Notes: a model not told the origin generated them from the letters alone. A stretch of DNA of 32,000 nucleotides from Promethearchaeota archaeon (GCA_016933055.1 JAFGBS010000034.1:144727-176726), one strand, 5' to 3'; shown: positions 9,664 through 18,933, counted from the stretch's first letter. A program made the numbers and translations.

Positions 9664-11105
9664 ATTCCCCATCTCCCTGGATTAAATATGTTATTGGGAT
9701 CCATGAATTTCTTTACATCAGTAAAAAATTTCACCCAATTCGGATCAATAATTTTCTCTTTTAGATATTCCGTGATCCAAATGGGAGTCTTATAAGGAAT
9801 TATCCCATAGTGAAGTCCCATTTCTAACAATTCTTTACATATTTCATGAACTTTCTTTTCTTCAGCATGTTTTTTGAAGCGAATAATGGGACGCCAGATG
9901 GCATAATGACTTCCTTTCATACTTTTCATATAAATGAAAGCGGGTACTTGGTATTTCTTGAAAATCTTTTCCCCCTCTTCCATTAGTGGTTTGAGCTTGT
10001 TTATCGGAGCATAGGAGCCTATCCAAGTTAAACCAGAATACTCTACAAGTGGGATTACAACATTTGGCAAATCTGCGAAGCATCTAACTCCTTCACCCAA
10101 AATTGCTGAAAGATAATTAAAATCTGTAAGAATGATTTTTCGTTTCACTCGGTTATTGATAATTTTTAGAGCCTCATTGAGTAATTCCATCTTTATTTTG
10201 AAATGCTTTTGAGAATGTGCTGAAATTGGGATAAGAATTGCATAATCGGGTTCAAAATCAAATTTCTTAGGTGTGGGAAAACCAAGACTCATCTTTGCTA
10301 CTTCCAAGGATACCGCTGATAGATCATCAATAAGCTCCAATCTTCCGAATTCCCTAATCAGTTCGGCTGTTGCGTCCCCTCCATAAGTCATTGCGATGAT
10401 AAAAGTTTGTATTTTCTTTCTCAACCATAATTGTACAGCACACTTTGTGACCAATCCAGTCATCCCTTGCCAGTTTACAAAAAGACCCATCAAATCCGGC
10501 ATGGGATATCTTGAATACCACTTGTCCCAATTTTCTTCCTCTTTAGTGAAACATGACCCAATTTTCACAATCGATCCATCATGCAATACGACTTCCAATC
10601 CATTAATCCAATCTCCCATACTTCCATGTGTAGCACTCAAGTTATTCATCCCTGATAAGATTGCATTTCCCACAACACCTGAATAAGGTGGTGCAAATGG
10701 GTAGCAATATCGCAAATTCGGATGGTGTTTCTTTAAGTACGCATCCAGTTGTCCGAATGTTACACCAGGTTCCAAAATTGCATACATCTGGTCCTCATCC
10801 ACATGAATTACCTTATTCATTTTCTTACTAAAATCAAGGATAATTCCCCCTTTTACAGGAATTGTGAGTCCTCCAATGTTATTACCTGTAATATATGGAA
10901 CGAGGGGGATTTTCTGCTCGTTTGCAAGTTTAATGACTTGTACAAGCTGTTTGGAGTTTTCAACTAAGCAGATGAAATCTGGAAGATGTGCTTCATTTTC
11001 AGTGGCATCGTAACTATGGAGATATAGATCGTGTTGTTTATCGGAGACAGAATCAGCTCCAAATATCTTGATTAACTTCTTCTTGATTGAGTTTTTATTT
11101 TCCAT
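9660..11105 (-). CDS. FAD-binding oxidoreductase (PCMH/VAO fold; GlcD/D-lactate dehydrogenase-like)
   Basis: Motifs P...G.NIGG, ILDF.KKMN.VI.VD, EPGVTFGQL, GLEVVL.DG, and C-terminal DPNNIFNPG. The start is probably the ATG at 11105; the track uses GTG 11117. Confidence 0.88.
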   Translation of the reverse strand: MENKNSIKKKLIKIFGADSVSDKQHDLYLHSYDATENEAHLPDFICLVENSKQLVQVIKLANEQKIPLVPYITGNNIGGLTIPVKGGIILDFSKKMNKVIHVDEDQMYAILEPGVTFGQLDAYLKKHHPNLRYCYPFAPPYSGVVGNAILSGMNNLSATHGSMGDWINGLEVVLHDGSIVKIGSCFTKEEENWDKWYSRYPMPDLMGLFVNWQGMTGLVTKCAVQLWLRKKIQTFIIAMTYGGDATAELIREFGRLELIDDLSAVSLEVAKMSLGFPTPKKFDFEPDYAILIPISAHSQKHFKIKMELLNEALKIINNRVKRKIILTDFNYLSAILGEGVRCFADLPNVVIPLVEYSGLTWIGSYAPINKLKPLMEEGEKIFKKYQVPAFIYMKSMKGSHYAIWRPIIRFKKHAEEKKVHEICKELLEMGLHYGIIPYKTPIWITEYLKEKIIDPNWVKFFTDVKKFMDPNNIFNPGRWGI

Positions 11106-11526
11106 ACTCTTCAGCACGCTCCTTCGCTCGGTGCATAGCTGGAATTAATATTCGTAGTAATTGGATGATACTAAGGAATTTCCACCATTGTCTACTTTTT
11201 ATCTTTCCTCTCACAAATGCACCGACTATGGAATAATCTCCCCTCATTATCGAAATCAGTGTATTGAGTGATATTTTCAATTTCAAATTATGAGATTTGC
11301 CGTTAAACGGAAGGATCTCAATTATGGGTTTCTGAAAATGAACCGATATGGGATAAAGATCCTCAAAATCAAACACAACAACTTGATTGAACTTCTCTAC
11401 GGCATTATGAAACTTGGGTTCCTCGTATCTATAATTAAGTAAATTCTTAATACCAATTCCAAGGATATCTTCTGGATTATTTATCCATGCAATTTCCATA
11501 TTTTCTTTTTTCTCCATTACATCCAA
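11095..11526 (-). CDS. SCP2 sterol-binding-domain protein
   Basis: 143 aa with the SCP2 signature LKLKISLNTLISIMRGDYSIVGAFVRGKIKS. It overlaps the FAD oxidoreductase start. Confidence 0.7.
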   Translation of the reverse strand: MDVMEKKENMEIAWINNPEDILGIGIKNLLNYRYEEPKFHNAVEKFNQVVVFDFEDLYPISVHFQKPIIEILPFNGKSHNLKLKISLNTLISIMRGDYSIVGAFVRGKIKSRQWWKFLSIIQLLRILIPAMHRAKERAEEYGK

Positions 11527-11616
11527 TCTCTTACTTTGGTTTTATATAATTTTTGGATAAAATGTAAAGCAAATCAAAAACACAATCGATATAAACCCAA
11601 GAATAATTACCAAATT

Positions 11617-12087
11617 ATGAAAACACTTGTTGTATTTTATTCCCTTACAGGGCACTCAAAGAAAGTCGCTGAAATTCTCAAAAAGAAACTTGATGCTGAC
11701 ATAGCCGCAATTCACCTAGTTAAACCTAGCAAAAAAGACGAACCTCAATATCTTAAGCTGGGTGGCGAAGCCATGCTAAAGATAAAACCACAAATTAAAC
11801 CACTCAATGTAGTGACTACCAATTATGATTTAGTTGTATTTGGAAGTCCAACGTGGAATTGGCGTCCAAGTTCTCCAGTTCGGACCTTTTTCAGCAGCTA
11901 TCCAGTGAAAAAAGCAGCTTTGTGGTTAACAGCCGCAGGTGATGGAGTAAAAGCTATGCGGAGGTTTAAGAAAGATGTTGCAAAAAAATCTGAAGTCATT
12001 GGAACTTTTATCGCACAAGACTCCAAAACAGCTAATCTTGAGGAAAGACTATCTAATTGGGTTAACGTACTGAGGAATAAAACATAA
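11617..12087 (+). CDS. Flavodoxin family protein
   Basis: MKTLVVFYSLTGHSKKVA (FMN phosphate loop) and YDLVVFGSPTW. I moved the start to the in-frame ATG at 11617 because the upstream 27 codons look non-coding. Confidence 0.88.
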   Translation: MKTLVVFYSLTGHSKKVAEILKKKLDADIAAIHLVKPSKKDEPQYLKLGGEAMLKIKPQIKPLNVVTTNYDLVVFGSPTWNWRPSSPVRTFFSSYPVKKAALWLTAAGDGVKAMRRFKKDVAKKSEVIGTFIAQDSKTANLEERLSNWVNVLRNKT

Positions 12088-12336
12088 GAAGTGCTACTGG
12101 TTAGTTGTATTCTTTTTTTAAACCAATATTTCCCTTTTTTCAATTTGAATTCATCATGTGTTTTTGGGTGATTATTTTTTAATGATAGAAGTTAATAATT
12201 TATGATCTATACCCATAATCAACCGATAATTTCTATTCCATTATAGTATTTGAATTCATAAAAATAAATACTGATACTTAAGAGACTGAGTATATTACAT
12301 TCAAATGTTAAACAACTATATACTGGAGAAAAAAAA

Positions 12337-13239
12337 ATGAATAAAGATGACTGGAAAGCATTAGGAACAAATATAATAGTAATTATTATTGCAGCTGGTT
12401 TAGCTTATGCAATCAGTTTGGGCGGGAAAACTATCTCTGGAACAAATTTTCCAATTTATGCTCTTGCAGTAATTATTGCGTTCGGAATCCAATGGATCGT
12501 GTTTATTCCCTCTTATATTTATAAAACCGAAAAATATTATGATTTAACAGGCTCTGCGACCTATACAACTGTAATTCTAGTTTCATTTTTCTTGAGCGGG
12601 AATTATAGTCCTCGAAATATCCTTATTACGATTTTAGTGTTAATTTGGACCCTGAGATTGGGAATTTTTCTATTCCGTAGGATTATGAAAGCTGGTGAGG
12701 ATCAGCGGTTCCGAGAAATGAAAAAATCCGGAATTCAATTCTTTCGTGCTTGGAATATTCAAGGACTTTGGGTCAGTCTGACTCTTGCAGCAGCCTTGAC
12801 AGCCATAACGGGAGATTTAAAGGGATCTTTGGAGCAGTATAATGCGTATGATTGGAGCATGCTTGTTCTAGGTCTAATAGTTTGGTTAATAGGGTTTGGA
12901 TTTGAAGTAATTGCGGACAGACAAAAGAAATTGTTCGTAAATAATCCCGATAATGAAGGTAAATTCATCAATGTTGGACTTTGGAAAATTAGCAGACATC
13001 CGAACTACTTCGGAGAGTTCACCTTATGGCTTGGTATGGCGCTTATTTGTCTACCCACTATGCAATCTTGGCGATATTTCGGTTTGATCTCACCCATTTT
13101 TGTATTTCTTTTGCTCAATTTTGTGAGTGGAGTACCAATTAACGAGAACTATGCTGATAAGAAATGGGGCGGACAACCTGATTATGAAGAATACAAGCGG
13201 AATACTCCGGTCTTTTTCCCTATAAAATTCAAGAAATAA
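12337..13239 (+). CDS. DUF1295 family membrane protein (steroid 5-alpha-reductase-like)
   Basis: Multiple TM helices with the motifs EKYYDLTGS, RLG.FLF.RI...GEDQRF, AD.QK..F, GLW..SRHPNYFGE and Y.EYKRNTPVF. Confidence 0.9.
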   Translation: MNKDDWKALGTNIIVIIIAAGLAYAISLGGKTISGTNFPIYALAVIIAFGIQWIVFIPSYIYKTEKYYDLTGSATYTTVILVSFFLSGNYSPRNILITILVLIWTLRLGIFLFRRIMKAGEDQRFREMKKSGIQFFRAWNIQGLWVSLTLAAALTAITGDLKGSLEQYNAYDWSMLVLGLIVWLIGFGFEVIADRQKKLFVNNPDNEGKFINVGLWKISRHPNYFGEFTLWLGMALICLPTMQSWRYFGLISPIFVFLLLNFVSGVPINENYADKKWGGQPDYEEYKRNTPVFFPIKFKK

Positions 13240-13418
13240 AACCAAATTTTATCTAAAATCTTTTTTTTACTCGCATAACTTACCCTTCGGTGCATCTGTT
13301 TAGTAATCAACAGCTATTCTGATCTATCCACCGAGTAGGTAACCGTTTGAACGTAATACTATCGTTAAATACCGTTGAACGTCAAATACATCATGTTTGG
13401 TAGAATATGTGGGGGAAA

Positions 13419-13545
13419 GGGAACACCTATGCTAAAACCTACAAAACTGTTATTAAAATAGTGGAGTTTGGCTTTAGCGTAGTTTACAGAACGAAAAGTG
13501 TTCCTATCCGACAGGATAGGTAGAACCCCCCGCCCTAAAGGATGG
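13419..13545. other. Structured, relatively GC-rich intergenic element; possible IS200/IS605-derived remnant or ncRNA
   Basis: Nested inverted repeats GGAACAC(13420-13426)/GTGTTCC(13498-13504) and CTATGCTAAA(13427-13436)/TTTAGCGTAG(13473-13482). A perfect hairpin CCTATCC-GACA-GGATAGG lies at 13503-13520 and an imperfect one, CCGCCCT-AA-AGGATGG, at 13530-13545. The element lies between convergent genes. Confidence 0.45.
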
Positions 13546-13694
13546 AATGAAAGTTTATTAATAAAATGGAAGACTGCCAGTTATTATGTGTGGGTATGAC
13601 TCGCAGAATTAAAAGATTAATTCTCTCAACGATTTCTAATACGAGTTTAGTAGAGAAAATTAAAGAAATCTTAAAAGATTTAATCTGGTCAAAT

Positions 13695-14795
13695 CTATAG
13701 ATTTTTTCGATTCCATAATTTGATAACCAGGAAGATTCCTCCTCCTAATACAACTGCACCTATAGGAATCACATAATAAAGATACCATGGAAAATATGTT
13801 TCTTTCGTATCACTAAGTTCCAATATCATCAATCCTCCCCCTAATGCGACATACACATAATCATTGTCGATATCAATATCATGAGCTGCTTCAATTCCAT
13901 TTGTTACTTCTGCAATCTCAATGGGTGATGAAGGGTTACTTATGTTGTAAGCTTCGACTCCATAATTATCTGCGACATACAGTAAATCATCGTCTGCAAC
14001 AACTCCTTGTGCTTCCCCTCCATTGTCTTCACTTAAGCTCCGAAGTAATGATGGATTGGATGGATTGCTAAGGCTATAAATCCGTATTCCTGCTCCATGA
14101 CACCCTACATACATTAGATCATTATGAATATCCATGTCCCATACGCTAGTAGAAGTGCTTAAAGTTCTTACATAAGCAGGAGAAGTGATTGTAGATATGT
14201 TAAAGAGTCTAACTCCAGAATTCGGGTTCCCAAAATAGAGCATATCATCCTTCACAGCTAAACTTTCCCCTCCTGAGTCGGAATAGAAATATAATAAATC
14301 CAAACCTGTGGATGTAAAATTGTAAATCCTGTATCCGACATCGCGATAGCTAACAAACACAAAAGTGCCAACAACAACAATTTTAGTGGGTATACCAAGA
14401 CCTGTACTAGATGAAATTGCATCTTGAGGATTAACTGGATCGTTAATATCGCTTATCAAAAATGTTCCGCTATTATAAGCGACGTAACAATATCCTCCTT
14501 TAACTGAAACGGCAAAAGGGGCTTGACTTGTCAAAATTTCAGATACTTTGTCAGGATTCTTTGGATTTGAAACATCTATGATCATCACGCCATCGTTATT
14601 AGTCACATAGGCATAATTACCTTCAACATCGACATCATACCCTACAACAAAATTACATTCCCCAATTTTATTGAGATAATGTGAATTTTGAGTTTGAGCT
14701 GAACCTGTCGAACCTAACAATAATGAGGAAAAAATGAAGAAAAGATGGAAACTACTGCGAAGTAGGGAACGTTTCATACTGAACATTACGATCAA
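13695..14795 (-). CDS. Secreted, C-terminally membrane-anchored LVIVD-repeat (beta-propeller-like) protein
   Basis: N-terminal signal-like segment, repeats of the type V.V.GNYAYV....G..I.DVS.P..P, then a C-terminal TM helix followed by KLWNRKNL. Confidence 0.85.
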   Translation of the reverse strand: MIVMFSMKRSLLRSSFHLFFIFSSLLLGSTGSAQTQNSHYLNKIGECNFVVGYDVDVEGNYAYVTNNDGVMIIDVSNPKNPDKVSEILTSQAPFAVSVKGGYCYVAYNSGTFLISDINDPVNPQDAISSSTGLGIPTKIVVVGTFVFVSYRDVGYRIYNFTSTGLDLLYFYSDSGGESLAVKDDMLYFGNPNSGVRLFNISTITSPAYVRTLSTSTSVWDMDIHNDLMYVGCHGAGIRIYSLSNPSNPSLLRSLSEDNGGEAQGVVADDDLLYVADNYGVEAYNISNPSSPIEIAEVTNGIEAAHDIDIDNDYVYVALGGGLMILELSDTKETYFPWYLYYVIPIGAVVLGGGIFLVIKLWNRKNL

Positions 14796-14807
14796 TTTGA
14801 TAAAAAA

Positions 14808-15776
14808 TTACTCAATATCAGTATAAACAAAAAATACCTTATCATGAAACTTTTTCTTTTCTATCTTTAATTCGGTCAATTGGTTAATGATTTCAAGTTT
14901 ATTTTTTATATATTTGTCTTCTAATACTTTATCAACTTGATCTTGTCGCATTGGATGCCTTTTAATGGTTTGTGCTAAGCTTTGGATAATCTCTCTCTCT
15001 TTTTCTCCCTCAATGTAAAAATCTCCCTCTTCAGAAAGATTTATTAGAAAAATGCCCTTTTTAGCAGATGGTCCCAACACTCGTTCGATTAAGTCCATAT
15101 TTTCCAAAGAGGGGGTTTTAACCCATACTTCTGCTGGAGGACGGATAGGAGTATTTACATAGATTCGATCTGGACGGATTTTTTCATACAGTTGGCGGGT
15201 TTTTTCTAAAGAATCAAAATGATCATTTATTCCTCCTACTGCCATAAATTCCATCCAGATTTTTCCATCAAAAGAATCTCTGAACTGAATCATTCCTTTC
15301 ACCATTTCATTAAAATTAATATGACGAATAGGGCGATTAATCAATTTGAACTCTTTTTCGATACCCGCATCTAAAGTTGGCATTATAATATCTACATTTA
15401 ATAATTCATCTCGCACTTTTTCGTCATATAATAATGCACCGTTGGTTATTACACATACCGAGATCCCCCAGTTATTCTTAATTCCGTTGATCAATTCTCC
15501 CATTTTCAGATATAAAGTGGGTTCTCCATCACCAACAAGTGTTAAATAGTCAATATTAGATTTTCCAACTGTTTCTACTCTCCTCTCTACTTCCTTAATT
15601 AGATTTGCTACCGGGAAAAATTCTCTTCTTTGATTAGTAAAATGACGTGTCCGACCTAATTGACAGTATACACAGTTGAAATTACATGTTTTGTTGGGGA
15701 GAGGAGGACAACAATCGATTCCAAGCGATTTACCTAACCTTCTTGATGGTACCGGTCCGTATACGTGGATACTCAT
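14808..15776 (-). CDS. Radical SAM protein (COG0731-type, TYW1-related Fe-S oxidoreductase)
   Basis: N-terminal VYGPVPSRRLGKSLGID, CNFNCVYC (CxxxCxxC), GDGEPTLY and ITNG.LL. Confidence 0.9.
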   Translation of the reverse strand: MSIHVYGPVPSRRLGKSLGIDCCPPLPNKTCNFNCVYCQLGRTRHFTNQRREFFPVANLIKEVERRVETVGKSNIDYLTLVGDGEPTLYLKMGELINGIKNNWGISVCVITNGALLYDEKVRDELLNVDIIMPTLDAGIEKEFKLINRPIRHINFNEMVKGMIQFRDSFDGKIWMEFMAVGGINDHFDSLEKTRQLYEKIRPDRIYVNTPIRPPAEVWVKTPSLENMDLIERVLGPSAKKGIFLINLSEEGDFYIEGEKEREIIQSLAQTIKRHPMRQDQVDKVLEDKYIKNKLEIINQLTELKIEKKKFHDKVFFVYTDIE

Positions 15777-15807
15777 GAAATTTCAGATCTTTCGATTAGT
15801 TCGTGAA

Positions 15808-15845
15808 ATGATAAAGTTATCATCTTTTTAAGGTGTTATGCATAA
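15808..15845. promoter_or_regulatory. Two palindromes in the divergent promoter between the radical SAM and NifX-like genes
   Basis: ATGATAA-AG-TTATCAT (15808-15823) and TTATGCATAA (15836-15845) are perfect inverted repeats in an 87-bp intergenic gap. An operator role is inferred. Confidence 0.45.
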
Positions 15846-15863
15846 TCATTCATAACCATAGAC

Positions 15864-16316
15864 GTGAAAATAATGAAAAATCAAAAAATAGTTATTCCAA
15901 GTATGAATCCTGGAGGACTAAATGCTCAGTTCGATTGGAGATTTGGACGTTGCTCCCATTTCACCGTAATTGAAAAAGAAGACGATAAGATCACTCAAGT
16001 GACCGTTCTAACGAATGATGCAGTAAATGCTATGGGAGGAGCTGGTATTGCAGCAAGCCAAACTGTTGGAAACCTTAGTCCATCTGATATAATTGTTGGA
16101 AATGTTGGACCCAATGCAATTTATGGATTAGGAAGTATAGGGGCAAATCTCTATCAAGTTGGTAATAATCAAGTGAATACTGTGAAAGATGTACTAGATC
16201 TATTTGAACAAGGAAAACTTCAACCAGTTAATACAGCTAATGTTGATAGTCACACTGGAATGGGGGGAGGGCGCGGTATGGGGCGCGGTATGGGGCGCGG
16301 TCAAAGTCGTTGGTAA
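15864..16316 (+). CDS. NifB/NifX family (dinitrogenase Fe-Mo cofactor biosynthesis-like, COG1433) protein
   Basis: Motifs FGRCSHF, GAGI and IVGNVGPNA, with a Gly/Arg-rich tail GMGGGRGMGRGMGRG. The start may be the ATG at 15873. Confidence 0.88.
   Translation: MKIMKNQKIVIPSMNPGGLNAQFDWRFGRCSHFTVIEKEDDKITQVTVLTNDAVNAMGGAGIAASQTVGNLSPSDIIVGNVGPNAIYGLGSIGANLYQVGNNQVNTVKDVLDLFEQGKLQPVNTANVDSHTGMGGGRGMGRGMGRGQSRW
16269..16301 (+). repeat. 12-bp tandem repeat GGGCGCGGTATG (about 2.75 copies) encoding the GRGM tail
   Basis: Exact copies at 16269-16280 and 16281-16292, and a partial copy at 16293-16301. Confidence 0.9.
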
Positions 16317-16355
16317 GAAAAACTAAAACATGTTACGTTCGTGAGGTAAAGAGTA

Positions 16356-17273
16356 ATGCAAATTATTTCAGTTTCAGGTGGTAAAGGAGGCACAGGTAAG
16401 ACATTTGTTGCAGTAAATTTAGCTCTTTACCTAGCCACTAAAAAGAAGAACGTACTCTTGATGGATTGTGATGTTGAGAATCCGAACACAAATATTCTAC
16501 TAGGTAAGACCGATCTTTCAGAATTTGAATCCGCTGAAATATCTCATTTTGTTCCCAAGTTTGATGAAAATAAGTGCACAAAATGCGGTAAATGCGCACA
16601 AGTATGCCGTCCCCATGCTATTTTTCAAATAATAAACCAAATTCCACTTTTAATGCAAAATCTATGTACTTCTTGTGAGCTATGTTATCGTGTTTGTCCA
16701 GATGATGCAATCATTCCATCATATGAACCTCTTGGAAAAATCTACCTTAAAACTATAAGAGTACAAGATACTTCCTTAGATTTAATGGTAGGAGAATTAT
16801 CTGTAGGACAAGTGCAAGCAGTAAAAATTCTTGAAAGAATGTATAAGAAATTAGAGAAATTGAACGCTACCCATAAATATGATTATATAATAACAGATTC
16901 TGCACCAGGAGCACATTGCGATGTGGAATTTGTTATAAAACAAAGTAAATATGTATTATGCGTAACTGAACCAACACCTTTTGGAATACATGATTTGAAA
17001 CGAATCCTAGAGTTATCTAACATAGTACAACGAAATACTTTTGTGATTATGAATCGTGCGACCATTACTGACTATCCATTGAATAATTTGGAAAAAGATC
17101 ATAATACACATATCATAGCATCTATCCCCTATGATCTACAAATTATGGAATCATATGCTCAAGGTATTCCCTTCCTGTTCTATAAATTGGCGGAAGAGAA
17201 ATCCTCTAGTAAAATTGCGATTGAAAGCATTGGACAATTTGTTGTACAAAAGGAGAAAAGTACATATGATTGA
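16356..17273 (+). CDS. MinD-superfamily P-loop ATPase with inserted 2x[4Fe-4S] ferredoxin (COG1149)
   Basis: Motifs SGGKGGTGKT, DCDVENPN, CTKCGKCAQVC, CTSCELCYRVCP, DSAPG and VTEPTPFG.HDL. Confidence 0.9.
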   Translation: MQIISVSGGKGGTGKTFVAVNLALYLATKKKNVLLMDCDVENPNTNILLGKTDLSEFESAEISHFVPKFDENKCTKCGKCAQVCRPHAIFQIINQIPLLMQNLCTSCELCYRVCPDDAIIPSYEPLGKIYLKTIRVQDTSLDLMVGELSVGQVQAVKILERMYKKLEKLNATHKYDYIITDSAPGAHCDVEFVIKQSKYVLCVTEPTPFGIHDLKRILELSNIVQRNTFVIMNRATITDYPLNNLEKDHNTHIIASIPYDLQIMESYAQGIPFLFYKLAEEKSSSKIAIESIGQFVVQKEKSTYD

Positions 17274-18198
17274 AAAAACGAAAAAAAGATCCACTTTCCA
17301 AATTGGGCTCATCTCTGGAAAGGGGGGGGTCGGTAAAACCTCCATTAGTTCCTCTTTCGGAGTAATATTTCATGAATTGGGAAAAAAGGTTTTAGTTGCT
17401 GATTGTGATGTGGATGCTCCAAATCTGGGGTTATTATTTCAATCCGGAGAGGTTTTGGAACAGAAAACTGTGCAAACGACCGAAAAATCCTTATTTCTCC
17501 CAGAATTATGTATACAATGTAAGAGATGTGTAGATGAAGAATTTTGTAAATTCAATGCTCTTAGTTGGGATTCCTCGATAAATATGCCCGTTGTAGATTC
17601 AATAGCGTGTGAAGGTTGCGGTGCATGTTATGAGTTATGTCCCGAACATGCTTTTGAAATTCATGCAATTGATAGCGGGACAATCTCTCATGAACGTACA
17701 AAATACGGATTTGATCTTGTTTGGGGGGAAACTCGATTAGGTGCGCAAACTTCAGGAAAATTAGTAACCGAAATCAAGAAAATTGTAAATCACACTATAG
17801 AAGCTAATAATCTTGAATTGGCAATTATTGATGGTCCTCCTGGAATTGGGTGTCCCGTGATAGCCACTGTGACTGATTTAGATTATGTTATCGTGATCGT
17901 TGAACCCACATCGACTGCATTGCATGATGCAGATCGCGCAATACAGATGCTCAACCAATTACGACGTAACTATGGAATTGTTATCAATAAAGCAGATATG
18001 TGGAAAAGTGGTTATGATATAATCGTGAATTACGCAAAGAAACATGATATTGAAATTTTAGGAGAAATACCAGTGGATATGACCATTCCTCAGGCGATTG
18101 TAAATGGACTTCCTGTATACACCTTTAATCCGCAATCCCCCTCAAGTAAAGCACTAAAAATAATCACTCGAAACATCGTAAACCATTTTCTATCGTAA
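17266..18198 (+). CDS. Second MinD-superfamily P-loop ATPase with inserted ferredoxin (COG1149)
   Basis: Motifs SGKGGVGKT, DCDVDAPNL, CIQCKRC, CEGCGACYELCP and DGPPGIGCPV. I moved the start from 17131 to the ATG at 17266, which follows AAGGAG and overlaps the upstream stop region. Confidence 0.9.
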   Translation: MIEKTKKRSTFQIGLISGKGGVGKTSISSSFGVIFHELGKKVLVADCDVDAPNLGLLFQSGEVLEQKTVQTTEKSLFLPELCIQCKRCVDEEFCKFNALSWDSSINMPVVDSIACEGCGACYELCPEHAFEIHAIDSGTISHERTKYGFDLVWGETRLGAQTSGKLVTEIKKIVNHTIEANNLELAIIDGPPGIGCPVIATVTDLDYVIVIVEPTSTALHDADRAIQMLNQLRRNYGIVINKADMWKSGYDIIVNYAKKHDIEILGEIPVDMTIPQAIVNGLPVYTFNPQSPSSKALKIITRNIVNHFLS

Positions 18199-18212
18199 TT
18201 ACTGATAAGGAA

Positions 18213-18692
18213 GTGAATACTATACCTCGCCCGAAGAGTAAACGAATCATTCGACATGAACCAGATATTCAATATTTTAATCCCCAACCACATCGAAATG
18301 TGAACTATCCCCTGGAAATTTTAACATTTGATGAATTAGAGGCAATGCGATTAAAGCATTTAGCAGGAAAAACTCAAGAGGAATCGGCGAGGTTAATGGA
18401 TATTTCTCAATCTACTTTTTCTCGAATCTTGGAAAGCGCACACACTAAAGTTACGGCTGCATTAGTAGAGGGAAAATCTATTCATTTAACAGGAGGAGAA
18501 TATAGTTTAAAGGAATTCAATTATGGATATGGGTGTGAGTGTGGTTTTGAATGGTTCATTGATATAGATCAAAACGATATAATGCTGGAACCAACTCAAG
18601 AAGATATGGAAATAATTCTTCCTCTAGATAGGGAATGTCCAAAATGTAAATCTAAGAATATTTACCGGTTAATTCGGGATTTCGAGAGGTGA
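18213..18692 (+). CDS. DUF134 (COG1342) predicted DNA-binding protein with a C-terminal Zn-ribbon-like segment
   Basis: PRPK...; LTFDELEAMRL.....TQEESA..M.ISQSTFSRIL..A..KV..ALVEGK.I...GG; then CECG...CPKC. Confidence 0.9.
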   Translation: MNTIPRPKSKRIIRHEPDIQYFNPQPHRNVNYPLEILTFDELEAMRLKHLAGKTQEESARLMDISQSTFSRILESAHTKVTAALVEGKSIHLTGGEYSLKEFNYGYGCECGFEWFIDIDQNDIMLEPTQEDMEIILPLDRECPKCKSKNIYRLIRDFER

Positions 18693-18933
18693 TATGTAAA
18701 AAAAGAATTTGGTAAAAAATACTAGATCGACTGATGATATATAAATTCAGTATATTAAAATTCTTGTTATATTATTCTACTTGCTAGAGTGGGAACTATA
18801 TCCCAATATTGCAACGAAGTCATATAATTCTCCTTGTTAATTAAATAAAATCCAGAAAGGCTTTAATATATTCAATATAACATTTTATTGTAGAACGAAA
18901 ATCTACTTTATTCAAAAAAAAAACGTGATTTAT

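Noticed and set aside
14808-15776. Assigning the radical SAM protein as wyosine synthase Taw1/TYW1
   Set aside because: Its N-terminus and gene context match the COG0731 paralogs found with NifX/MinD clusters, so tRNA modification cannot be supported.
16269-16301. GC-rich 12-bp tandem repeat as a CRISPR or mobile-element repeat
   Set aside because: It has no spacers and simply encodes the GRGM tail common in this protein family.
15864-16316. NifB/NifX-like protein as evidence of nitrogen fixation
   Set aside because: No nifHDK genes are present, and this family is widespread in non-diazotrophic anaerobes.
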